Positions 8,206 through 18,668 of a DNA stretch of 64,000 nucleotides are shown piece by piece. The DNA comes from an uncultured Methanosarcinales archaeon (GTDB lineage Archaea > Nanobdellota > Nanobdellia > Woesearchaeales > CAYSVS01), in the NCBI GenBank assembly GCA_964589485.1, contig CAZPRK010000001.1, forward strand, positions 184,401-248,400. The letters are read 5' to 3'. The first letter of the stretch is position 1. Every line of letters starts with the position of its first letter. Made by a program: the position numbers and the translations under genes. Under the pieces are notes generated by a model. It did not search any database. It was not told the DNA's origin and saw nothing but the letters and a program-made list of their open reading frames with translations.

Positions 8206-9537
8206 TTAATCTTCTAAGTCTTCTATGTTTCTTCTGGTTTCTTCGATTTCTCTAAGTAGGTTTCTACTGCTTTTTAAGGCTAGTTCGGCAGCATCTTCTT
8301 GACTTAATTCATCTGTTAAACCATATCCCATTTTTCTTGTTCTTTGTAAAATTATATCAGAAGTACTTTTTTGTCTTTTAATTTGTTGCATTAATTTATC
8401 TACTGTTGGTTGATATTTGTCTAGCATTAAACTTGATGCAGTTTTCATAAATTTTTTTATGTAAGTTCTTATTAGTTTACTATCGTATCCTTTGTATACT
8501 GATTCATATTGTAAAGTGTTTCTAACATAACTATGCGGGGGAACATACATGATATTACCTTCTATTTTGAAAGGGTCGTCTATTCCTATATCGCTTGGTA
8601 AAACAACAATGAACTCTCTTTGGATGTATTTTAACATATCTTTTAGTAAAACGCATGCACCTAACACATATTTAGGATGGTTCATATCCATTCCACGATA
8701 TTCTAAAGTACCATGTGGGTTTAATTTTACTGGATTCCACATTGGAATTAATTTACTTGGATAATATTTATTTATATCTTCATCTGGTGAAACTGATTTT
8801 GCTAATTTTATCCATTTATCATGTTTCATGTTTATTGTTTGAATTAAATCCGTACAAGTTTGTTTATATGGTTGTAACCCACCTAATAATTGTAAGTTAG
8901 AAAATAAACCATCTGTATTTTTTAGTTTTTTTCCACCTCTATACCAAATTGCTCTAGAATCTTTTCCATAATGTCTTCCTTGGTAATAAGGAGAGGATTG
9001 CATTAAAGTTGTAAAAACAGGATCCATTGCAATTAAACTATTATAACTATGTAATAATGCTTCTTTATTTTTACTTCTTACCATTTCTTTGATAAATCTA
9101 GTTCTTTTATTGAAAACGCCTTTAGGCATTTCATAATGAAAATGAAATCCAGTACATCTTCCCTCGATACCTAACTTTTCTCCCCAAATTTTAGTTTTTA
9201 TGCCATAATGACCATCTTTTCTACTTTCTGGTTCAAATTTTCCAGGATAAGTTGCTAAAGGATATAATCTCAAATCTAATTTTTGCGCTGCTTCTAAAGC
9301 ATTACTTAAATTATTTAATAAATCTGTTCCAGTATTTTGTACTTTAATACTAGGAAATGCCCCAAATTCAACAATATTGGTCATCATTTCTTTTACAATA
9401 TTACATTTTTTGTTAATTTTTTTAGTATGTTTGATTAATTCATCTGATTTATTGACAACCTTTCCCTGGTTATCTAGAATAAACATTTCAATTTCTAAAC
9501 CCGAAAGAGATCTTTTTAATGGTCTTTTATCTTCCAT
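8206..9537 (-). CDS. carboxylate-amine ligase / glutamate-cysteine ligase family 2 (GCS2)-like protein
   Basis: The N-terminal LSGLEIEMFILDNQGKV resembles the GCS2 vGvEeEf.lvd start. Later blocks GFHFHYEMP and TLEYRGMDMN resemble the family's h.H...p and lE.R..D motifs. Confidence 0.5.
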   Translation of the reverse strand: MEDKRPLKRSLSGLEIEMFILDNQGKVVNKSDELIKHTKKINKKCNIVKEMMTNIVEFGAFPSIKVQNTGTDLLNNLSNALEAAQKLDLRLYPLATYPGKFEPESRKDGHYGIKTKIWGEKLGIEGRCTGFHFHYEMPKGVFNKRTRFIKEMVRSKNKEALLHSYNSLIAMDPVFTTLMQSSPYYQGRHYGKDSRAIWYRGGKKLKNTDGLFSNLQLLGGLQPYKQTCTDLIQTINMKHDKWIKLAKSVSPDEDINKYYPSKLIPMWNPVKLNPHGTLEYRGMDMNHPKYVLGACVLLKDMLKYIQREFIVVLPSDIGIDDPFKIEGNIMYVPPHSYVRNTLQYESVYKGYDSKLIRTYIKKFMKTASSLMLDKYQPTVDKLMQQIKRQKSTSDIILQRTRKMGYGLTDELSQEDAAELALKSSRNLLREIEETRRNIEDLED

Positions 9538-9572
9538 ATAATTTCTGAAGAATTCATTATTTATATACTTTG

Positions 9573-10007
9573 TTAAGGTTGAATTATACTTTCAATTACT
9601 TTTTTTGCATTATCTTTGGTTTTAGGAAAAGCTGCTACTGTAATTTTAATATGAATACAATTTCCACTGTCTGTAATGATATATTTATCTTTTAAAAATT
9701 TATCTTTATCTATTCTTACATAAAAATTATTATAACTATCCATTCTTGAATCTATTTGTTTTATTAATATTTTTTTTTGATCTTTCTCCATTGCTTGGAA
9801 AAAATTATTTAAAAATTCATTTATTTCTTTATTTTTTTCTAATATAGTTTCCAAAATAATAATTTCCTTTTCATCAAATCCAGTAGCAATATTTTTATTA
9901 ATTTTAGCTTTTTTAACCAAAATAAAAGTTTTAAATTTATTTAGAATTAAATCCTCATCTTCATGTTCTTTAATAAAAACACTTATTTTTATTGTGTGGG
10001 CTTTCAT
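9573..10007 (-). CDS. small archaeal protein, possibly PF01877/COG1931 (predicted RNA-binding, exosome-associated) family
   Basis: The start MKAHTIKISVFIKEHEDEDLILNKF resembles the i.i.vfvh.TEDeekV start of that family. Size is 144 aa. Confidence 0.4.
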   Translation of the reverse strand: MKAHTIKISVFIKEHEDEDLILNKFKTFILVKKAKINKNIATGFDEKEIIILETILEKNKEINEFLNNFFQAMEKDQKKILIKQIDSRMDSYNNFYVRIDKDKFLKDKYIITDSGNCIHIKITVAAFPKTKDNAKKVIESIIQP

Positions 10008-10591
10008 TATATTATTTTTTTTACAAATTTTAATATTTGGTTATACATATTTTTATGTTGCTTTATATTAGGGTGTAATCCATCGTTAGTTTCAGTTTTA
10101 CATAATATTGTAAGAAAAGGAACTTTATTTTTTTTACATTCATTTTTAACTATTTCATTGTACTTTTTAATTATTTTATTTTCATAATTATATTCTTCCC
10201 AGGGCATTGTTTTAGATTCATCTAGTTCTGTTATACCTATAAATGCTAATTTTGCAGGGACTTTTTTGCTTATTTGTATTATTTTTATTATATTCCTTCG
10301 ATATTCTAAGTAAGAAGTATGTTTAATTTTATCATTATATCTTGCATCATTAGTTCCAATTGAAACTAAAATTAAGTGTTTATCTTCTTTTCTATTAATT
10401 TTACATCTCGAAATAGCTTCTGTTTTAAATCTATAAAGTAAATTTTTACTAGTATCTCCTGGAATTCCTAAATTATAAACATAATTATGTTTTTTCTTTT
10501 CAAATTCTTTTTTTAATAACGAAACCCAACAATTATCCATATCTGTTTTTCCAAACGTTATGCTATCTCCAAAGCAAGAAATTGTAATCAT
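10007..10591 (-). CDS. SGNH/GDSL-family hydrolase
   Basis: Block I is CFGDSITFG (GDS nucleophile). IGTNDA is present. The C-terminal NDGLHPN gives the DxxH catalytic pair. Confidence 0.8.
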   Translation of the reverse strand: MITISCFGDSITFGKTDMDNCWVSLLKKEFEKKKHNYVYNLGIPGDTSKNLLYRFKTEAISRCKINRKEDKHLILVSIGTNDARYNDKIKHTSYLEYRRNIIKIIQISKKVPAKLAFIGITELDESKTMPWEEYNYENKIIKKYNEIVKNECKKNKVPFLTILCKTETNDGLHPNIKQHKNMYNQILKFVKKII

Positions 10592-11406
10592 TATTGTTGA
10601 TATTGATCTATATTTAATAAATTTTGTTGTTTTGCTTTAGCTGCGTAATTTCCAGGAGAAACTACCATTCCATCTTTAGCTGCAATAACTTGAGTTTTAG
10701 TTTTTTTTTGAATTTCTCTTGCTTCATAAATTGGATCAGATTTTAACATTTTTAATCCGAAGTGAGTAATTATTGCTAATTTTGGTTTAATCTTTTCAAT
10801 TAATTTAACTGCATCATCTGAATTTAAATGTCCTTCAACTTTAATTCCTGAAGGAGCAGTAATATTCATAATCAATATATCTGATCCTTTATATTGAGCT
10901 GCAATTTCGTTTGTAAATTTAGTATCCCCAGTATATCCTAAGGTGAAATAAGGAGTAATAAACTTGAAACCTAGAGAGTTTTCTCCATGCTTTGCTTCCA
11001 TTCCTATAATGTCTACTTGTTCTATACCAATTTTTTTACCTGGTTCAACAATCATAATTCTTTCAACACAATCTGTATGAAAGTCTGTTAAATACTTATT
11101 TTGTCCGTTCATTAAATCAGAATTACAAATTAAAATTCCTTTTTTATCTAGGCCAGAATATGTCATTGCATCTATTACTGCATTAACATCATTACAATGA
11201 CCAATATGATTATGGCTAATTAGTAAACAAGTATTTTCTCTAATGTTTATATTATTTTCAGCAGCTTTAACTAAAGCTCCTGGTCCGGGATCTATGTGGA
11301 ATTGAGCTTCATCGATATTAATAACAATCCCTCCGCTTCCTCTAAATTGTTTAGCATATGTGTAAGTATCCCCCGCAGTTCCTAAGAAAGTAATCTTTGA
11401 TTTCAT
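10591..11406 (-). CDS. metallo-beta-lactamase-fold hydrolase
   Basis: FLGTAG start. HxHxDH-like motif ISHNHIGHCND. Later HG and THF metal-ligand-like positions. Confidence 0.7.
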   Translation of the reverse strand: MKSKITFLGTAGDTYTYAKQFRGSGGIVINIDEAQFHIDPGPGALVKAAENNINIRENTCLLISHNHIGHCNDVNAVIDAMTYSGLDKKGILICNSDLMNGQNKYLTDFHTDCVERIMIVEPGKKIGIEQVDIIGMEAKHGENSLGFKFITPYFTLGYTGDTKFTNEIAAQYKGSDILIMNITAPSGIKVEGHLNSDDAVKLIEKIKPKLAIITHFGLKMLKSDPIYEAREIQKKTKTQVIAAKDGMVVSPGNYAAKAKQQNLLNIDQYQQ

Positions 11407-11481
11407 TGATTTTAAGTGTAGAAATTGATTTAATAAAGATTTCTATAGTGTATAATTGATATTTTTAGTTATTGCCCGAAA

Positions 11482-11492
11482 CCTTTAAAAAA
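11482..11492 (+). promoter_or_regulatory. TATA-like box upstream of the SRP RNA
   Basis: CCTTTAAAAAA lies about 25-30 nt upstream of the GC-rich RNA start near 11514. Confidence 0.35.
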
Positions 11493-11513
11493 CATCTATA
11501 TTTCTTATTCTTC

Positions 11514-11758
11514 GGAAGACGTAGCTGGGTAGTTAGTCCCTATCTATAACCACAAATGGGCTATATGGTGGAGTGAGTCAGGGCAAAGGTATAATGGTTA
11601 TATTTTAGTCTTGAGCCGTACATTGAAGCTCTGTCCTTATTGACTGATGATTTAAAGAATCAGGTCAGATCAGGAATGAAGCAGCCTTAATTTAAGTTTT
11701 TGGTGCTTTAAGGGTTGCGGAGTGGAGGAAAGCTCGAGGTAGCTAGAATATGGTTTTT
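11514..11758 (+). ncRNA. ffs: signal recognition particle RNA (7S / SRP RNA); ends approximate
   Basis: GC-rich island in AT-rich DNA. Contains the conserved helix-8 motif CAGGTCAGATCAGGAATGAAGCAGCC (compare E. coli 4.5S CAGGUCCGGAAGGAAGCAGCC). Ends in an oligo-T tract (GGTTTTT). Confidence 0.8.
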
Positions 11759-11761
11759 ATG

Positions 11762-12544
11762 TCAATGTTTTGGCGTGTCTTCCACTTCTATATATTTTAA
11801 ATTTTCACCTACACTAACTTCTAAAATATCTCCATCTTTAAATGGATATTCTTTACTTAAAGCATCAAGTACAACTATCCCATTGTTCATTTTACTTTGA
11901 ATGATTACTTTTTCATTGTCGTTTAGAACTCCATTTTTCATAGTATGTTTGAATAATTGTCCATCGTATGGTTCTCTAACTACAAATTCAAATCCTTTTG
12001 AAATAACTTTTCCATTTGCACTTTTAATCCATGCATTACTTCCGAATGGAGTTCCAATTAAAACTCCTGATGATTTTTGAGTTTCACTTTTTCCAGAAAT
12101 ACTTATATTATATCTTGACATTTGATATGGTTTTTTAGTTCCAATATAGACTTCATTTAAAGCATATTCTTGTATTTTTTTTCCATTTAATTTAGCTTTT
12201 AGCCTTGTTAATTTTTTTATTTTAAAATTATTATTAATCCATTTATCTAATACTATTTCAAAATTTTTCCTATTACATTGCATAAGAAAACCTTCTTTGT
12301 TGTTAATATCTGAATTTACTCCTATTACTAGTTGATTTTCTATAAAATGACCTGTTTTAAGAAATGTTCCATCTCCTCCAATTACAACAACTAAATCAAC
12401 ATTTAATATTTTTTTTGATAGTTTATTTCTATTATATGCACTGTAATTTACATGATTTTCTTTTAATGTTTTTTCTACTTTAATTAATGTTTTTTTATGT
12501 TCCTCTGTATGATAATCCATGTATATAATAACGGCTTCTCTCAT
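11762..12544 (-). CDS. nadK: NAD kinase
   Basis: GGDGT motif in LVVVIGGDGTFL. NEVYIG block. ATGA overlap with the leuS stop. Confidence 0.85.
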   Translation of the reverse strand: MREAVIIYMDYHTEEHKKTLIKVEKTLKENHVNYSAYNRNKLSKKILNVDLVVVIGGDGTFLKTGHFIENQLVIGVNSDINNKEGFLMQCNRKNFEIVLDKWINNNFKIKKLTRLKAKLNGKKIQEYALNEVYIGTKKPYQMSRYNISISGKSETQKSSGVLIGTPFGSNAWIKSANGKVISKGFEFVVREPYDGQLFKHTMKNGVLNDNEKVIIQSKMNNGIVVLDALSKEYPFKDGDILEVSVGENLKYIEVEDTPKH

Positions 12545-15381
12545 TTTACTAATATAGCTGGCTTATTAGGCATTGCTTGGTTTGATTTATTTTCTGTTGA
12601 CTTTTCGCCTATTTCAATAATAATTTTGGAACTGTTAAATTCAGATGATAAAAATTCTTCTGCAGATTTGATAATGTTTAACTCAAAATCTTGACTAAAC
12701 ACTTCAGGAACTTGACCAAGTTTAATGTATTTAGGGATTATTTTAGTTATGTCTTTTCCATGTTTTTTTAAATCTCCAATCATTACATTTTTTAATATTA
12801 GTTTAAAGTCTCTTGTTGCAATACAACTTTTTAACTTTGTCATAAATTTATATTTCCAATTTGAAGAAATTATTAATTTGATTTCTTTAGGTTTTTCAAT
12901 TTGGGCTAACTTTAATACAGCTTGAATATCTGTGACGATATTTGATATTAATTCTTCGCCTTTCATACTTTCTGAATTAATTTTTTTATTATCAAATTTT
13001 GGCCAATTTGCATTACTAATAAATCCTTCACCTTTAATTTCTTGCCATATTTCTTCTGCAATATGTGGTGTAAATGGTGCTAACATTTTTGCTTGAGTTT
13101 CAATAAATAGATTAATTGTATTTTTATTGTAAGAATTTTGTGTTCTTCTAGAGTACCATTTAAGGTGACGTTGCATATCAAAAAAACTTTTTAATAATGC
13201 AGACTTAAATTCGATATTATCCATATGTTGTGTTGTTTTATTTATTGATGTGTGTATGGTTGATTCAAACCAAGTATCTACTGAAAGTTTTTTATTTCTT
13301 CCTTTATTATAATTATTTTTACTAAACTCTAATGTTTCAATTAATTTTTTATCAATACTTTCCATAAATTTCATGTCAAAATTAGCGTCATCAATTCCTT
13401 CTCCTGAATTTGCGGCAGTTATTCTTACAACATCTGAAGAATTTTTAGTATAAAGTTCTCTTGCGGTAAAAAAATTACCTTTTGATTTTGACATTTTTTC
13501 ATTATCTACCATGACCCTTCCATTTAAAGAATAAGACTTTGGCCATAATTTCTCAGGAAATATTGCAGTATGGTTAAATAAACAAAAAGCTAAATGATTT
13601 TGAATTAAATCTTTTGCTGAATTTCTAAAATCAAAAGGATACCAATATGTAAATTCTTTTCTTAATTTTTCTATTTTATTTTCATTTATTTTTGTTGACT
13701 TACTTACTTCATTAAGTTTTCCTTTATTTAAGAAAACGTAATCAAATAAACTATCATTTAAATTTTTAACATCAATTTCTTTAATATCTTTAGATATTGT
13801 ATTATATGCCATTTGTAGTGTGCTATCTGATAAACTTTCAATTATCCATTTATCGTTCCATGGTAATTTTGTTCCAAGTCCAAATTCTCTTGAACAAGCC
13901 CAATGATGAAGCCAATCTAACACATATTCAAACTGTTTTCTAACAACTTCTGGGTATAATTTTAATTTTGTAAGACATTTATGTGTTTTTTTCTTCCAAT
14001 TTAAATCATTATATTCAATAAACCATTGTTCTGAAACTATTTTAACAATACATTCAGTTAAACACCTACATTTAACTTTTCTAGTTAATTCATAAAATAA
14101 TTCAATTTTTCTTTTTTCTATAAGGTATTTTTGAATTATTTTTTGGCCTTTAGAAACTGCTTTACCTTGCAAATCTATTTTTTTATATTTATTGTTGAAT
14201 TTGGATTTAGCAAATGTTAGTTTATATAATTCTTTTTTAATTTGGTCTAATTTATCTCTTTGATTTTGGTTTTTGACATTATATTTATCTAAAAAATATT
14301 TGGCAGAATTGCTTCCAATTTCAGGAGTATCAAAAATTTCTATTGGTTCAATTGTTTTTATATAATCTAATTTATACTTCTTAATTAATTTTTCATTTTG
14401 TTGCAAATCCATTAATGCAATTAAATCATCTGCGCTATCGCTAGGAACTGAATGTACAATTCCAGTTCCATAATTTATGTCTAAGAAATTAGCGGGTAAG
14501 ACCGGGATATTTTTATTTTCAAGGAACTCTACTTTTTTACCAATTAATTCTTCACCTTTTATTTCATTATCTTCTTTTATATCATACCCTTGTTCTTTTA
14601 ATTTAGTTAATATTGGTTTACCTACAATCCAAGTTTCTTTATTAACTTTTACAGTAATATAATTTTCGTTTGGATCTAAAAAAAGGTTAGTTATTCCCAT
14701 AAAAGTATCTGGTCTAAGTGTAGCAGTAATGATAAATTTATCATCTAGTTTAAATTTAAATAAACAAAATTCTTGAGGAGTTTCACCTTCTCCTTCGCTT
14801 CTATCATGATCTCCAACTGGAAGGTTATCTTTTGGACACCATACAACTGGGTGTTTTCCTTTTTTTACAAATCCTAATTCTTTTAATTTATTAAATTGCC
14901 ACCTAATAAAAGCATCATATTGTTTATTTAAAGAAGTTGTGATAAAAGAATACCTTTCATCTATAGAAAAGCCTAATGCATTTAAATCTTTCAAAGTTTC
15001 TTTTGGAAAATATTTAATCCAATATTCTGGGTCACTAAATTTATTAATTTCTGATTTAGGTATTCCCATTTTTAATAATGTGTCAATTTGAGTTTTTTCA
15101 TTTTCTTTAACTCTTTGAGCAGCAGCAACTATTGGAGTTCCTGTACAATGGAATCCAAATTTAAACATAACATTGAATCCTTGCATACGTTTATACCTTG
15201 ATAAAATTTCTGGGAAAATATACGTGAATACATGTCCAAGATGTAGTAAACCAGACATATACGGGTAAGGGGTTGTTATGTAATACTTTTTTTTAGAATA
15301 ATCTTTTACTTCTACATTAAAAATAGAATTATCTTTCCACTTTTTTTGCCATTTATTTTGAATTTTGTGTAAATTAAGCAT
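12541..15381 (-). CDS. leuS: leucyl-tRNA synthetase (archaeal type)
   Basis: HIGH-type motif PYPYMSGLLHLGH. KMSKSKGN. N-terminal IQNKWQKKW. I place the start at the ATG at 15381 (MLNLHK...) rather than the TTG at 15396, because a TATA box sits about 25 nt upstream of 15381. Confidence 0.9.
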   Translation of the reverse strand: MLNLHKIQNKWQKKWKDNSIFNVEVKDYSKKKYYITTPYPYMSGLLHLGHVFTYIFPEILSRYKRMQGFNVMFKFGFHCTGTPIVAAAQRVKENEKTQIDTLLKMGIPKSEINKFSDPEYWIKYFPKETLKDLNALGFSIDERYSFITTSLNKQYDAFIRWQFNKLKELGFVKKGKHPVVWCPKDNLPVGDHDRSEGEGETPQEFCLFKFKLDDKFIITATLRPDTFMGITNLFLDPNENYITVKVNKETWIVGKPILTKLKEQGYDIKEDNEIKGEELIGKKVEFLENKNIPVLPANFLDINYGTGIVHSVPSDSADDLIALMDLQQNEKLIKKYKLDYIKTIEPIEIFDTPEIGSNSAKYFLDKYNVKNQNQRDKLDQIKKELYKLTFAKSKFNNKYKKIDLQGKAVSKGQKIIQKYLIEKRKIELFYELTRKVKCRCLTECIVKIVSEQWFIEYNDLNWKKKTHKCLTKLKLYPEVVRKQFEYVLDWLHHWACSREFGLGTKLPWNDKWIIESLSDSTLQMAYNTISKDIKEIDVKNLNDSLFDYVFLNKGKLNEVSKSTKINENKIEKLRKEFTYWYPFDFRNSAKDLIQNHLAFCLFNHTAIFPEKLWPKSYSLNGRVMVDNEKMSKSKGNFFTARELYTKNSSDVVRITAANSGEGIDDANFDMKFMESIDKKLIETLEFSKNNYNKGRNKKLSVDTWFESTIHTSINKTTQHMDNIEFKSALLKSFFDMQRHLKWYSRRTQNSYNKNTINLFIETQAKMLAPFTPHIAEEIWQEIKGEGFISNANWPKFDNKKINSESMKGEELISNIVTDIQAVLKLAQIEKPKEIKLIISSNWKYKFMTKLKSCIATRDFKLILKNVMIGDLKKHGKDITKIIPKYIKLGQVPEVFSQDFELNIIKSAEEFLSSEFNSSKIIIEIGEKSTENKSNQAMPNKPAILVK

Positions 15382-15400
15382 ATACAAATAAAACAAGAAT

Positions 15401-15410
15401 CTTTATATAA
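15401..15410 (-). promoter_or_regulatory. TATA box for leuS
   Basis: The minus-strand reading TTATATAAAG is centred about 25 nt upstream of the ATG at 15381. Confidence 0.45.
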
Positions 15411-15417
15411 ATTTAAC

Positions 15418-15615
15418 TCAAAATTTTTTGAATTTGGATGCAACATCAATAAGTTCAATTTGACTTAAGAATAAAGTTCTACAACAATATCTTTCTAAAC
15501 CTAAATCATCCATAACTTTTTTTGGTTGCTCTCCTCTTTCAGTTTTAGTTGTGAATTCTTCCCATAACTGTGCAACGGGTTTATTACATGAAAAACATCT
15601 TATTGGTATTATCAT
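15418..15615 (-). CDS. rpoN: DNA-directed RNA polymerase subunit N (Rpo10/RpoN)
   Basis: MIIPIRCFSCNKPV...RYCCRTLFLS. Zn-binding CxxC...CC arrangement and 65-aa size. Confidence 0.9.
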   Translation of the reverse strand: MIIPIRCFSCNKPVAQLWEEFTTKTERGEQPKKVMDDLGLERYCCRTLFLSQIELIDVASKFKKF

Positions 15616-15619
15616 TTTT

Positions 15620-16018
15620 TCACCTGTAACTCTTCTGTCTTTTTGCCCTAGCTTTTGAATCGTTAGGCTTATACATTTCTTTTCTTCTTACATCTGCAAT
15701 TAACAAATGTCTATCATAATTAAGAAAAACTGTTTTTAATTTTTCATCTTTTGAATATTCTACTAATGCTCTTGCAAGTGCTAATCTTGCTGCTTCAATT
15801 TGACTCATCATTCCGCCACCGTTAGCATTAATATTTACATCAACTTTATCTTTTAGTTTTTCAGCTAGTATAAGTGGTTCGCTTAATTTAAGTCTTAAAA
15901 CATCTGGTTTGATGTTATTTAGTAAAACTTTGTTGAATATAACATTCCCTTTACCTTCTCTTAAGGTAGCTCGAGCAATTGCTCTTTTTCTTTTTCCAGA
16001 TGTATGTACTATTTTCAT
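15620..16018 (-). CDS. rps9: 30S ribosomal protein S9 (uS9)
   Basis: GKRKRAIARA...GGGMMSQIEAARLALARAL...KRQKSYR C-terminus. Confidence 0.95.
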   Translation of the reverse strand: MKIVHTSGKRKRAIARATLREGKGNVIFNKVLLNNIKPDVLRLKLSEPLILAEKLKDKVDVNINANGGGMMSQIEAARLALARALVEYSKDEKLKTVFLNYDRHLLIADVRRKEMYKPNDSKARAKRQKSYR

Positions 16019-16431
16019 ATTTTTGACCCCAATAATTTGCTAATTTTTCCCAATGATATATATTTTAAATTAGGTAATTTATCAATTTTAGCACTTTCAA
16101 TTGTTTCTGCTTTTTGACTTTCTAATTCACTAGGTATTCCTACATAACATTTTACTCTTTTAAATGCATCTAATCCTCTGGATGTTTTGTATGGCAGCAT
16201 TCCTCTTATTGTTCTCTTAACAACTAAATCTGCTCTTCTTGGAAAATGAGGTCCATGACTAGGTTCTCCTCTTTCTCTTTTTTGTTGATAATTAGAAATT
16301 ATGTTTTTTTTATTTCCTGAAATAACTACACTTTCACAGTTGATAATATTAACACTTTCACCAAGTATTGCTTTTTTTGCAACGACTGTTGCCATTCTTC
16401 CTAATATTAAATCTTGTGCATCAATTATCAT
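16015..16431 (-). CDS. rpl13: 50S ribosomal protein L13 (uL13)
   Basis: IIDAQDLILGRMATVVAKK...RTIRGMLPYKTSRG. Conserved operon position. Confidence 0.9.
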   Translation of the reverse strand: MIIDAQDLILGRMATVVAKKAILGESVNIINCESVVISGNKKNIISNYQQKRERGEPSHGPHFPRRADLVVKRTIRGMLPYKTSRGLDAFKRVKCYVGIPSELESQKAETIESAKIDKLPNLKYISLGKISKLLGSKI

Positions 16432-16437
16432 TTTTAT

Positions 16438-16776
16438 TCACCCTATAATTCTCACTTTGTTACCTTTTGGGTTTTTTTCCATAAGTTCTCTGATTGTTAT
16501 TGCTTTATTTTGAAGTTTTTCTTGTGCAATTTTTGAAAAGGAATATGCTGCAACTTCTGACTTTTTATTCATTTCTCCTTGGCTTAAAACTTTTCCAGGG
16601 ATTAGAGCAATTTCTCCTTCTTTAATATTTTTTTCAATTCTAGTTAGATTAACTTCTCTTCTAATTCTTGATGGTTTATTCAAATCTTTAGCAACTCTTT
16701 TCCAAATGTTTGCTTTTTCTTTAATTGATAATTGATTTAAATCATCTATTAGTGTTTGTAATTCTTGATTTTTCAT
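16438..16776 (-). CDS. rpl18e: 50S ribosomal protein L18e (eL18)
   Basis: IWKRVAKDLNKPSRIRREVNLTRI...IALIPGKVLSQGE. Operon position between RpoD and L13. Confidence 0.85.
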   Translation of the reverse strand: MKNQELQTLIDDLNQLSIKEKANIWKRVAKDLNKPSRIRREVNLTRIEKNIKEGEIALIPGKVLSQGEMNKKSEVAAYSFSKIAQEKLQNKAITIRELMEKNPKGNKVRIIG

Positions 16777-16805
16777 TTTTTCCTCAACTATAACTTAAAC
16801 CTTAG

Positions 16806-17582
16806 TTATGTGTTTTTCACCTTTTCAATAAAATCATTACATTTATCATTAATTATTTCTGTGCTTTTTTTTGCAATAACTTTTGGATCTAATTGACCCC
16901 ATGATTCTATTGTAAACATAAATGAATCTTTTTTTTCGGAAATTCTAACATCTCCATTTTCTTCACATGCAAGACATAAATGGCATGCATTTTGATCTTT
17001 AATTGCTAATTTTCCATTTTTGTTTTCAAAAACATTAACTGGACAAAGTTTTGCAGTTTCATCTGCGTTATTATTATTTTTAATATCTATTATTGCAGGG
17101 TGTTTGTAATATGCAAGACATGGACTCCATTTTGTATGTTTTTTACCTTGACCAAGAGTTGCAGTTGCAATTAATTCTAATTCTTGATTTTTTAATAATT
17201 TAGTAATAATTGTTTTTTCATGAATTGGATTGCATTTAGGATCTTCTGATTTTAAATCTCCAGCATAAACATAACCAGGTCCTTTTGCTTTTAATATTAA
17301 TTTTAGTTGGCATTGTGCACAACCTTCACCTTTACATGTACATTTTTCAGGTAAATTATAAGATTTTAAGTCTGTTTTTAGAACAACTAATCCTAATCTG
17401 TGTGCAATCATTTCATCATATTGAATTCCTGAATTTTTTTTAATTTCGACAGATTCAATCGCCATAGCCGGCACTTCATTAATCATTGTTCTTCTTAATG
17501 CGTTTGCAAATGCAGCTGTTGATTTTTTCAAAATAAAACTATGTTTTAACTTATCTTTATTTTTTAAAGCTTCAACTTCCAT
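16806..17582 (-). CDS. rpoD: DNA-directed RNA polymerase subunit D (Rpo3) with Fe-S (ferredoxin-like) insertion
   Basis: FANALRRTMINEVPAMAIE plus a Cys cluster (CTCKGEGCAQC; CPVNVF; CHLCLACE). I place the start at MEVEALK (ATG at 17582), directly after the S11 stop. The longer ORF-track start would overlap S11 by 71 nt. Confidence 0.85.
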   Translation of the reverse strand: MEVEALKNKDKLKHSFILKKSTAAFANALRRTMINEVPAMAIESVEIKKNSGIQYDEMIAHRLGLVVLKTDLKSYNLPEKCTCKGEGCAQCQLKLILKAKGPGYVYAGDLKSEDPKCNPIHEKTIITKLLKNQELELIATATLGQGKKHTKWSPCLAYYKHPAIIDIKNNNNADETAKLCPVNVFENKNGKLAIKDQNACHLCLACEENGDVRISEKKDSFMFTIESWGQLDPKVIAKKSTEIINDKCNDFIEKVKNT

Positions 17583-17583
17583 T

Positions 17584-18000
17584 TTATACTCTCCTACCCC
17601 TTCTACCACCTTTTTTTCGACATCCGTCATGTGGAAGAGGTGTAATATCTTCAATTACGCCAATTTTTAGACCCATTCTTGATAATGCTCTCACTGCTGC
17701 TTGAGCTCCTGGTCCAGGGTTATTTGGTCCATTATGTCCGCCTGGTGCTTTAATTTTTACATGAATTGCGTTAATTCCATTTTCTCTTGCAATCTCTGCT
17801 GCTTTTTTTGCAGCCATCATTGCTGCTGTTGGGGAACTTTCCAATCTGTCTTGTTTAACAACCATACCGCCAGAAGTTCTGGCAATGGTTTCGCAACCTG
17901 TTATATCAGTAATGTGAATAATTGTATTGTTATATGAAGCAAAAATGTATGCAACTCCCCATCTTAATGGTGGTCTTTTGGGTCTATTATCAGTTGTCAT
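17584..18000 (-). CDS. rps11: 30S ribosomal protein S11 (uS11)
   Basis: [19 protein letters not shown]...[24 protein letters not shown]. Confidence 0.95.
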   Translation of the reverse strand: MTTDNRPKRPPLRWGVAYIFASYNNTIIHITDITGCETIARTSGGMVVKQDRLESSPTAAMMAAKKAAEIARENGINAIHVKIKAPGGHNGPNNPGPGAQAAVRALSRMGLKIGVIEDITPLPHDGCRKKGGRRGRRV

Positions 18001-18658
18001 CTTTTTTAACCTCTTTATCTTCTGAAGTTTCTTCTTTAACCTTCTTTTTAGGTTTTTCTTCTTTAACTTTTTCTACTTTTTTTTTAGTTTCTTTTTTAAC
18101 TTCTTCTTCAGTTTCTTTAACTTCAGGAGTTTCTGCTACAACTTCTTCTATTTTTCTTTCAGGATGTTCTTCATCACTTAAATTTGATTTTTCAGAGAAA
18201 GAAACTTGTTCATCTTCATTTAATGGAACTAAGTAACTAGGAACAGTTATTTTTTTGTCTCCTATAGATACATGTTCATGAACAATAAATTGTCTTGCTT
18301 GTTTAATTGATCTTGCTAAATTTTTTCTAAATAAAATTGTTTGTAATCTTCTTTCAAGAATACTTCTTGTATTAATATCTAAAACATCTTTTAGTACAGC
18401 ATCGTGGGGAAGTAATCCATATCTTTGAATCCTTTGCATTAATTGTTTTCTTTCTTTTTCTGCTTGATCAGTTCTTAAGGCAATTAATTTTTTAGCTTGT
18501 TGAGCTAAACCAACAGCAATTGAATTCATTTTCCAAATCTCTTTTTTGTTTTTTAGACCGTATTCTTTAATTAGAACTTTTTCTTCATCAATTCTTGATT
18601 TACTCCACGGATGTGAAGGTGTTTGGTAACTTGCTCTTCTTTTTCTTGGATCTCCCAT
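17990..18658 (-). CDS. rps4: 30S ribosomal protein S4 (uS4) with an E/K-rich C-terminal extension of about 60 aa
   Basis: [17 protein letters not shown], an S4 domain [29 protein letters not shown], then a tail [40 protein letters not shown]... Confidence 0.9.
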   Translation of the reverse strand: MGDPRKRRASYQTPSHPWSKSRIDEEKVLIKEYGLKNKKEIWKMNSIAVGLAQQAKKLIALRTDQAEKERKQLMQRIQRYGLLPHDAVLKDVLDINTRSILERRLQTILFRKNLARSIKQARQFIVHEHVSIGDKKITVPSYLVPLNEDEQVSFSEKSNLSDEEHPERKIEEVVAETPEVKETEEEVKKETKKKVEKVKEEKPKKKVKEETSEDKEVKKDDN

Positions 18659-18668
18659 GATTATCTAC

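Noticed and set aside
11715-11900. A 61-aa plus-strand ORF starting inside the GC-rich island.
   Set aside because: It overlaps the 3' part of the SRP RNA and runs antisense into nadK, so it is spurious.
17583-17654. The longer RpoD ORF start ([15 protein letters not shown]...) and the TTG-initiated LeuS start at 15396.
   Set aside because: The RpoD extension would overlap rps11 by 71 nt and has no homology-like sequence, and the ATG at 17582 abuts the S11 stop. For LeuS, the ATG at 15381 has correct TATA spacing and a typical N-terminus.
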